DNA of 64,000 nucleotides from Cetorhinus maximus (lineage: Eukaryota): assembly GCF_964194155.1 (NCBI RefSeq), contig NC_135915.1:4154001-4218000 (forward strand), read 5' to 3'. The notes under the pieces are model-generated. The model was not told the DNA's origin. It did no database searches and saw only the letters and a program-made list of their open reading frames with translations. Position numbers and translations under genes: made by a program. Position 1 is the first letter of the stretch. The number at the start of each line of letters is the position of its first letter. Shown here piece by piece: positions 51,271 to 61,054 of the stretch.

Positions 51271-52095
51271 TACTGGAGGAGAGTGAGAGAGGAGAAGTAG
51301 GGCCATTAGCAGTGAGAGAGTTGTAGCAGCGCCATTAACAGTGAGGGAGTGAGAGAGGAGCAAGGGGGCCATTAGCGCTGAGAGAGAGAGAGAGGAGAAG
51401 CGGGGCCATTAGCAGTAAGAGGGTGAGAGAGTAGCATCGGGTCCATTAGCATTGTGAGAGTGAGAGAGGAGAAGCGGGGCCATTAGGAGCGAGACATTGT
51501 GAGAGCAGCTGCTAGAGAAGTAGCGAGGTGTTAGCAGGATTTGAGAGGCGGGGGCGGAACTCACCCAGAAAGATGTTTGAAACTGCAACACACTGCCTGA
51601 GGGGCTGGTAGAGGCAGGAACCCTCACAACATTTAAGAAGTATTTAGATGAGCACTTGAAATTGCCTCGCATACAGGGTTAAGGGTCATGAGCTGGTAAA
51701 TGGGATTAGTATAGATAGGTACTTGACGCCTGGCACGGTCTCGATGGGCTGTAGGACCTGTTTCTATGCTGTACAACTTGGATACTCTGTCACCCTCTGA
51801 CTCTATGAGTGAGAGAGGAACAGAGTAAGCACTGAGAGTGGGAGAGTGCGAGAAAGACCAGTGCCATTATAAGTGAGAGAGCAGAAGGAACAGCGGGGAC
51901 ATTAACAGTGAGACAGTGCGAGTTGAGAGGGCGACCATTGGAGTAAACGGAGAGAGTGGCCACAGAGCATTACTGGGCAGGGGGAGAGGAGAGAGCATGA
52001 AAACAAGAGATCATCAAACGTATTAGCTGAAGTAGGCTATTCGGACAATGAATCTGTTCGCCATTTAATGAGGTCACTGCTGACATGATAATCTT

Positions 52096-54070
52096 ACGTT
52101 CGGGGAAGAAGCGGAGAACCACCAGACCATCCCGGTGGGGGATGGAGGTGTAGAGGGATTGGACTATCTTGACTGCATTCTCTCTCCCCTTGTCCAGTCC
52201 CTTCCCACCTACATTCATGATTTTACTGACACCCTACATCATATGTACAATTTCCAGTTCCCTGGCTCCAAACGCCTCCTCTTCACCATGGACGACCAAT
52301 CCCTCTACACCTCAATCCCCCACTGGGATGGTCTGATGGCTCTCCGCTTCTTCCTCGAACAGAGGCCGGAACAATTCCCATTCACCACTACTCTCCTCCG
52401 TCTGGCTTAACTTGTTCACACACTAAACAATTTCTCCTTTAACTCCTCTCACTTCCTCCAAATAATTCTTGTGGTTATGGGTAAACGTCCTACTCCAGCC
52501 CCCTCCCACAACTCTTTCTCCGGTACATCGATGATTACTTCGGTGCTGCGTCATGCTCTCGTCTGCACCTGGAAAAATGTATTAATTTTGCTTACAATTT
52601 CCACCCCTCCATCATTTTCACGTAGTCCATCCCTGACACCTCCCTTCCCTTCCTTGACCTCTCTGTCTCAATTTCTAGTGATAGACTGTCCACCAATATC
52701 CATTACAAGCCTACCAACACCCACAGCTACCTAGACTACAGCTCCTCACACCTCACTTCCGGTAAGGACTCCATCCCATTCTCTCAGTTCCTTCGCCTTC
52801 GTCGCATCTTTTCTGATGATGCCACTTTCAAAAACATGTCCTCTGACATGTCCTCCTTCCTTAACTGAGTTGTTCCACCCACTGTAGTTGACAGGGCCCT
52901 CAACCGTGTCCGGCCCATCTCCCGCCATCCGCCCACACAACCTTCTTCTCCCTCCCAGAAAAATGATAGGGTCCCCATTGTACTCATTTATCACCCCACC
53001 AGCCTCTGCATTCAAAGGATCATCTTCCGCCATTTCCACCAACTCCAGCATGATGCCACCACCAAACACATCTTCCCTTCACCCCCGCCGGCGGCATTCC
53101 ACAGGGATCGTTCCCTCCGGGACACCCTGGTCCACTCCTCCCATGCCACCGCAGAAGGTGCAACACCTGCCCCTTTCCTTCCCCTCTCCTCACCGTCCGA
53201 GGGCTAAAAACTTTCTTTCAAGTGAAGCAGCATTTCACTTGCACTTCCCTCAATTTAGTCTACTGCATTCATTGCTCCCAATGCGGTTTCATCTACATTG
53301 GAGAGATCAAATGCAGACTGGGTGACCGCTTTTCAAAACACCTTCGGTCTGTCCACAAACATTGCCCAGACCTCCCTGTCGCTTGCCATTTCAACATTCC
53401 ACCCTGCTATCATGCCCACCTGTCCGTCCTTGACTTGCTGCATTGTTCCAGTGAAGCTCAATGCAAACTGGAGGAACAGCTCCTCATCTTCCGACTAGGC
53501 ACTTTACAGCCTTCCGGACTGAATATTGAGTTCAACAATTTTAGTTCATGAACTATCTCCTCCATTCCCACCCCCTTGCACCCCCCCACCACCCCCCGGC
53601 CCAACCCCCCCCCCCCCCCCCCCCCGCCCCCCCCACCACCACCACCACCACCTCCACACTTTTTTCTTTCCCACCTTTCCATTATTTTTAAGTGTATTCC
53701 CATCCATTGTTTTATCTCTACCTTTTAGACTTTTTTGATTCCATCACCCCATCCCACCCCCACTAGGGCTATCTGTACCTTGCTTGTCCAGCTTTCTACC
53801 CTTAATTAGCACATTCCTTAGATAATATCACCACCGTCAACATCTCTTTGTCCTTTTGTCTGGGACATCTTTTGGTTATCTCCACCTATCACTGGTCCTC
53901 TATCCAGCTCTACTTGTCCCATCCCCCCTTAAACCAGCTTACATTTCACCTCTCTTCTATTTTTACGTAATTCTGTTGAAGGGTCATTCGGACTCGAAAC
54001 GTTAACTGTGTTCCTCTCCGCAGATGCTGCCAGACCTGCTGAGTTTTTCCAGGTATTTTTGTTTTTGTTT
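52096..54070 (+). mobile_element. Penelope-like element (RT part, GIY-YIG endonuclease, tail), copy B only
   Basis: TMDDQSLYTSIP RT motif and FTCTSLNLVYCIHCSQCGFIYIGEIKCRLGDRF GIY-YIG motif. Tail is shared with 39370-39470. Confidence 0.92.
53968..54008 (+). ncRNA. Hammerhead-ribozyme-like motif in Penelope tail
   Basis: CUGUUGA-A-GGGUC-AUUCG-GACUC-GAAAC-GUU-AACU. Confidence 0.6.
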
Positions 54071-56820
54071 TGGTAAACAGTGAAAATTAATGCCTCTCTA
54101 CTTACTTGCTGGTTATATTAAGAAGTAAACAAATAAATTAACGGTACAAATGAAGCTTAATGGGTATGATTTTTTAGCCATTGCAGAGACGTTGTTACAG
54201 AGAAATCAAAGCTGTGAACTAAATATTCAGGTGTATGTGATATTGGAAAGGACAAGCAGGAAGAAAAGGATGGTGGAACAGCTTTTTTTGCACGAGATAT
54301 AATATGTACGATAGCAAGATATTATTTTGGGTCAGAAGATGTAGAATCGACTTAATGGGTATGATTTTAGGTGGAGGGAAGAAATAACAAGAGCGTGAAG
54401 ACAGTGTTGGGAGTATTCTATAGGGCGCCTAACAGTAGCTATACTGTAGGAATGAGAATAAGCCAGGAGATAATTGTGCCATGTAAAAATGTCAGTTCAT
54501 TTATCATTGGTGACTTTAATCTTCATTCCGTTTGGGAAAATCACATTGACAGAGGTAGCCACGAGCAATAAATCATAGAGTGTATCCGGGAGAATTACCT
54601 AGAACAATTTGCTGTGGATCCAATCAGGGATTACGCTACTTTGCAGCTGTTAATGTGTAATGAGGCACGTTTAATAAATGATCAGCGTAAAAGATCACCT
54701 TGAAAAAAAATTCCATAACATGGTGTGATTTTGCATTCAGTTTGAGAGTGAAAATGGGTCCGAAACAACTGTGCTAAACGTACAAAAAGGCAATTACAAA
54801 AGAATGAGGGCAAAGTTGGCTGGAGTAGACTGGGAAATGAGTTTAACAGAGAAGATGCTTGATGAACAATGGCAGACATTTAAGAAAATAGTTCATGACT
54901 CATATCAAAGACATATCCCCATGAGGAATTAGGATTCAAGAATGGAGATAAACCAAACATGGTTAAACAAACAAGTTGTGGAGAGAATCATATTTAAATA
55001 CATTCAATGTGGCAAAGGTTGGTGGTAAACCAGAGGATTAAGACATTTTTAACAACCAGGAAAAGTTGACCAAAAATACATTAAAGATTGGGAAAATAAA
55101 CATTGAGCATAAACTAGCAGGTAATATAAAAATGTTCAGTAGCAGCTTCTTTAAATATATAAAATTGAAGAGAGAGGTTTATGTGAGCTATTGCCCCTTA
55201 GAGAATGAGGATTTGGAAATAATAATGTGGAATCAGGAAATGGCAGAGGAGATGAATTCATGCTTTGCATCAGTCTTCACGATAGAAGACAAGGACATCA
55301 TTCCAAAAAATACCAAATAATCAAGGCACAAAATGGGGGGAGGGTATAAATGAATAACTATTACTGGAGAAAAGGTGCGAAGGAAACTAATGGGGCTAAA
55401 AGCCGATAAATCCCTGATAGGTTGCATCCTAGGATATGAAAGGAAGTAGCTACACAAAAGTGGATGCACTGGTAGGAGTCTTCCAAGAATCCTTTGATTC
55501 TGGAAAAGACAAGAAGATTGGAATTCTTCCAAAGTAACGACCTTATTAAAAATAAGAGGTAGAGAAAATCTCAGGTAACTGTAGGCCACTTAGCTTAACA
55601 TCCCCAATTGATAAAGTGTTAAATCTATTATAAAGAATGTATTAGCAGAGCATTGAAAATACGAATTATAATCAAGCAGAGTTAGCAAGGTTTGATGAAT
55701 GGGAAATGGTGCCTGGTAAATGTATTAGAATTATTTGAGGAAGTAAAGGCAGAATCGATCAAGGGGAAACAGGAGATGTAATATACTTGGACTTCCAAAA
55801 AGGCGTTCAGTAAGGCACCATGCATACGGCTGCTTAATACGTTAAGGGCTCATGGTGATGGGGGTAGTATATTAGCTGGGATCGAGAATTTTCTAACTAA
55901 TAGAAGACAGAGATTTGAGAGAAAAGGGGCATTTTCAGAATGGTAAACTGTAACTAGTGGAGTGCCACAGGAATCAGTGTTGGGGCCACAATTATTTACA
56001 ATATTTATTAATGACTTATATGAGGGAAGTGAATGAACTATCGCCACATTTCCAGATATCACATAAATTGCTGCGAAGGCAAGTGATGAGGGTGACTCAA
56101 AGATTCTACAGGGGGATAGACAAACGTAAATTGAAAGGGCAAAACTTGGCAGATGGCATCGAATATCGGAAACTGTGGGATTATGGAACAATAGAGACGC
56201 TCAATATTACTTAAATAGAGAAAGATTGCAGAAAGCTGCAGCACAGCGGGATATGGGAGCCCACGCACCTGAATATGAAAACGCTAACATTCAAGATCAG
56301 TAGGTAAGCAGGAAGGCAAATGAAATGTTGGCTTTAATTTCAAAGGGAATGGATTATTAAAATCGGGAAGTCATGCTGAAACTATAAAAGGCACTCAAAT
56401 AGAATACTGCCAACAATTTTGGTCTCCTTATTTGAGGAAAGATATGCTGGAAGTGGAGGCCACCACAGGAGGTTCAATAGGCTGGTGCTGGATGTGGAGG
56501 GACGGGTTCCTATGGGCAGATTGATTAGATTGGGCCTGTACTCATTGGAGTTTAATAGAATGAGAGCGGACCTTATTGAAACATATTGGATTCCTGGGGG
56601 CCTTGACAAGGAACATGCTGAGAAGTTGTTTCCCTTTGTGGGAGGGTTTCGTCCAAGCCGGCATCATTTCAGAGAAAGGGGTCACCAATTTAATACAGAG
56701 ATGAGGAGCAATTTATTCTATCCAAGAGTAGTGTATGTGTGGAATAGTTCCCGTAAAGGGCTGTAGTTGATGGGTCGTTAAGTATATTCAAGGCTGTGCT
56801 CGACTGATTTTTGATCATTT
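54071..56820 (+). mobile_element. CR1 ORF2 remnant, copy B (ORF1 end removed)
   Basis: Paralogous to 13517-16260; begins abruptly after the Penelope insertion. Confidence 0.85.
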
Positions 56821-57129
56821 AAGAAACAATCGACAAGAACATTGGAACACTGTAAGAGTGCTGGCGGATTGCTTCAATACCAGGAACAGGCTGACATCTA
56901 TTTCTGCTGGAGCAGCTCAATAGAAAATGGAGCTATATCCAGACATTTAACTTCACACACTCATTACCAAATATCTTCAACCAACATCAAAACACTTCCT
57001 GTTGTCAAATTATTCACATGGCAAAAGACAGAGAAAGCTCCATGGAATGGAAAGATCACTAATCAAAAAATAAAAAGCATGATTTCCAAATCAAACCGAT
57101 TTCTTTCATTCCAGTTGCTGACCCGCACT

Positions 57130-58060
57130 CCGGTCAATTCTACATCGACAAATTCCCCCAGTCATACATTATCACTTGGAGCAGGTATTCCACTCTGGAC
57201 ACTGACCTACTTTCAATGCAATTCTGCACTGCCAGATATAACCAATAATAATTGTTGACTGGGGTCATCTATTCCATTCTGGTTGCTAAGCAACACTTAG
57301 TACAGTTTGAAACCAGCAGATACAGTCAGTGAAAGAGTGGTGACTGGGGCCTGGTATTCCACTCTGGGCACTGACCTATGCTCAATGCAATGTGCACTGC
57401 CAGATATAACCAATAATAATTGTTGACTGGGGTCAGCTATTCCATTCTGGTTGCTAAGCAACACTTAGTACAGTTTGAAACCAGCAGATACAGTCAGTGA
57501 AAGAGTGGTGACTGGGGCCAGGTATACCACTCTGATTAAAGACCCAGACACAGTACAATTCTACATTGACAGATAGACCCAATAATACATGATCATTGAG
57601 GCCAGTTATTCCACTTTGGTTACTCATCCACACTTAGTGCAATTTGAAACTAACAGTTAGACCCAGAAATATCTTGTCACTGGAGTCATGTATTCCACTG
57701 AGGTTACTAACCCATACTTCGGACAATTTGACACTTACAGATGCAGTCAGTGAATGAGTGGTGACTTTTTCAGGTATTCCACTCTGATTAATGACCCACA
57801 CTCAGTTCAATTTTACACTGACAGGTACACCCAGTAACACATGGTCACTGGGGCCATGTATTCCACTTTGGTTACTGATGCACACTCAGTACAATTCTAC
57901 ACTGACAGATGAACCCAGTAATACATGGTCACTGGGGCCATGTATTCCGCTTTGGTTACTGATGCACACTCAGTACAATTCTACACTAGCAGTTAGACCC
58001 AGTAATACATGGTCACTGGGGCCAGGTGTTCCACTCTGTTCACTGACCCACACTCTTGGT
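57130..58060. repeat. 84-bp minisatellite, copy B
   Basis: Same unit (ggtattccactctggttactgacccacactcagtacaatt...). Confidence 0.9.
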
Positions 58061-58379
58061 GATTTTCCTCTGAACACCACTAAACATTCCATCAGAGATT
58101 TTGCCTTCACTGAGGTCTATTTAAACGTTTCCAAAAAATATTAAGACGTAATTCATCAGAGAGCCTGTGAGTTACGAACAAATGCTTATTTTCATTTGAC
58201 AAAATTAAATAAAGCCGCAGAGACATTTCCAGACATATGAATTCAGCAAATTATATCACTGATTCGATGTATCTTAACAGTGACCACCAGATCAGCATGT
58301 AATATGTTCAGTCACAGTTTAAAATGAGAGAACAGCTCACATACAGATTTACACAAGTTCAATGGCTATGGTCACTCAC

Positions 58380-58443
58380 CAGGAACACCTATAACAGCAA
58401 GGATTGGGTAGAATATTTTCTCAGCCACAGAAATTGATAGCAT
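58380..58443 (-). CDS. GPR139-like GPCR copy B, coding exon 1 (MLSISVAEKIFYPILAVIGVP+G)
   Basis: ATG at 58443 and canonical phase-1 donor G|GTGAGT. Splices in frame to 47726. Confidence 0.9.
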
Positions 58444-58515
58444 CGTTACAGTGCAAAGTGATGTGCCCCTTTGTGCTGCTGGTAATCTCTGTGTCTTAAA
58501 CGCTGAGGTGAGTCT

Positions 58516-58559
58516 TTCCCAAAGCCTTTAATTTATACCCTGTGGGATCACCTCAGGGA
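58516..58559 (-). promoter_or_regulatory. Core promoter of GPCR B: TATAAA (58532-58537) plus palindromic element
   Basis: Identical 44-bp block to 18062-18105, about 90 nt upstream of the ATG. Confidence 0.65.
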
Positions 58560-59029
58560 TGTTGAAATTGCCACATTGTTCAAATCTTTTTTTTAATATA
58601 TGAACAAACAGATTATGACATTGAGCTGAGTGAAACAATATTTTTGTTTTTAAATGGAGCTGCGAGGTTCCAAAGACTGGACATTACTTATCAAATTAAT
58701 TAACTATTAATCAAACAGGAGCTGTATTCAGCTGGATAATATGCTGTCTACTCAATCAACATCAGTCCCATTTCTAGATTCCCTATTGTTTCAGTGATAT
58801 CCGTCACTTGACTGTTACCATTTATGGATTAAATAAAACATGTTAGAGTGCCTCTCTCCACGCTGTTCCATTGCACCCTGGGATTGAGCTGTCCTGTTTA
58901 ATAGTTGACATTCAGTTGTTCGATTACAGTGAGTTTAGGGTGACAATTTATGACTAAATTCAACCAATTAAATTATAAGGAAATATTTAAAATCTCCCAA
59001 AAATGCACTCCACATCTCAATCAAATGTG

Positions 59030-59292
59030 TATCTATCTCACGATCTCTCACTCTCTCTCTCTTTCTCTCTTTATCTCCGTGCCCGTTTCTCTCTCTCACT
59101 CTTTCTGTGTTTGTCTCTTTCCACCTTTGTCGCTCCTGCTCTCTTTATCTCTCTCTCTCTCTCTCTCTGCTTTTTTTTCACTCACTATCTCTCCTGTTCT
59201 CTTGTTATTCCGCTCTGTTTCACACTCTATCGCTCTGGCTCTCCCTTTGTCTCTTTCTCTCCCTCTCACACCCCCACACTCGCTTTCTGTCC

Positions 59293-59350
<58 letters not shown>

Positions 59351-61015
59351 CCATCTGTTTCCTTCTCTCACTCTCTCAGCCTCTTTCCTTCCCTCTCTGA
59401 GTCTCCTTGCTTCTCTCTCCACCTCTCTCGGTCTCCCTCCCTGATTCTCTTCCTCTCTCTCTCTCTCTTTGTGTGAAAGTGTGTGTGCGTCCGTTCGTGT
59501 GCATATGTATGTGTGTGTGTTGGTGGGTATCTCTCTCTCTCTCTCTCGCGTTTCTCAGTCTCTTTCAATCTGTGTATGTGTATCTATGTCTGTATTTCCG
59601 CCTTTCAGGCTTTCCTTCTCTGTTCCTCCACTTCTATCTGTTATTCTGNNNNNNNNNNNNNNNNNNNNNNNNNNNNNNNNNNNNNNNNNNNNNNNNNNNN
59701 NNNNNNNNNNNNNNNNNNNNNNNNNNNNNNNNNNNNNNNNNNNNNNNNNNNNNNNNNNNNNNNNNNNNNNNNNNNNNNNNNNNNNNNNNNNNNNNNNNNN
59801 NNNNNNNNNNNNNNNNNNNNNNNNNNNNNNNNNNNNNNNNNNNNNNNNNNNNNNNNNNNNNNNNNNNNNNNNNNNNNNNNNNNNNNNNNNNNNNNNNNNN
59901 NNNNNNNNNNNNNNNNNNNNNNNNNNNNNNNNNNCGCTCTCTCTTTGACACTGTATCACTCACTGCCTCCCTCCACCTCTCTCTCGCAAACATTCTCTGT
60001 TTTTCTGACCATCTCTCTATGCCTCTCTCGCTCTGTCTCTATCTGTCACACTTCCCTTCTCGTTGTATCGCTCCCGCTGTCTCTTCCTCTTCCTCTTTCT
60101 TCTATCTGTCTCTCTATCCCCATCTTACTCTCCATCTCTCCCTCAGCGTGTCAATCTCTCTTTGCCTCCCTCCCTCGCCCTCCTTCTCAGTCTCTCTCCC
60201 TTTGTCTACCTTTTCTCTTTGTTACTTTCACTTTCACTTTCTCTCTCTTTCTCGCTTGCTAAACTTCCCTTTGTCTATTTGATTGCCTATCTCTATCTCT
60301 CTGCCTCTCCTTCTCTGCCTCTGCTTATCTGTTTGACTGTCCCTCTCTATTTTCCTTTCTTTCTGTCTCACTTTCGCTATCTCTCTCGCTCTCTCTATCT
60401 CTCTCCTTCTCTCTCTAAAACTGTGCCTCACTCTGCCTCACACTTTGCCTCTCTCTCTTTTCTCTCCCCTTCTCTTTTTCAATGCCTATCTGTCTCTCTC
60501 CTTCTCGCTCTCCCTGTGAAAACCTCGCTGTTTATCTAACTCTCACTCTCTCCTCCTCCCTATGACCCTCCCCTTTCCCTTTCACTCTCGCCCTATGTAA
60601 CACACTCTGTGTTTCACTACACTATTTCATTGTATTATTTTATCTGCCTCTCTCTCCCTCTCTGCCTCACTTTTCTTTCTCTTTAATCAAGTCTCCTTTT
60701 GTTCTCCATTTCGATCGCCCTCTCACTCTCTCAGCCCTCTCTCTCTTTCTGTGTGGGTGCTAACATGCATGTGTGTGCGTGTTTCTCTGTCTCTGTCTCT
60801 GCCTCTCACACTATAAAATTCCCTGTCTATTTCTCTCCACTTCTCTCCCTCTGTCTCCTCTATCTCTCTCTGTCCCTCCGTCTGTCTCTCACCTCATCTC
60901 TCTTTCTCATTCCCTGTCTCTATCTCCCTCTCCCTACCCCCATCTCACACTTTCTGTCTAACTCTGTCTCTCTCTTTGCCTCTCTCTCTCTAATGTCTCC
61001 CCCCTCTCTTTTTCA

Positions 61016-61054
<39 letters not shown>

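Noticed and set aside
57791-58144. 84-bp (28-codon) repeat ORF resembling C2H2 zinc-finger periodicity
   Set aside because: No CxxC...HxxxH pattern or TGEKP linker, and other units contain stops.
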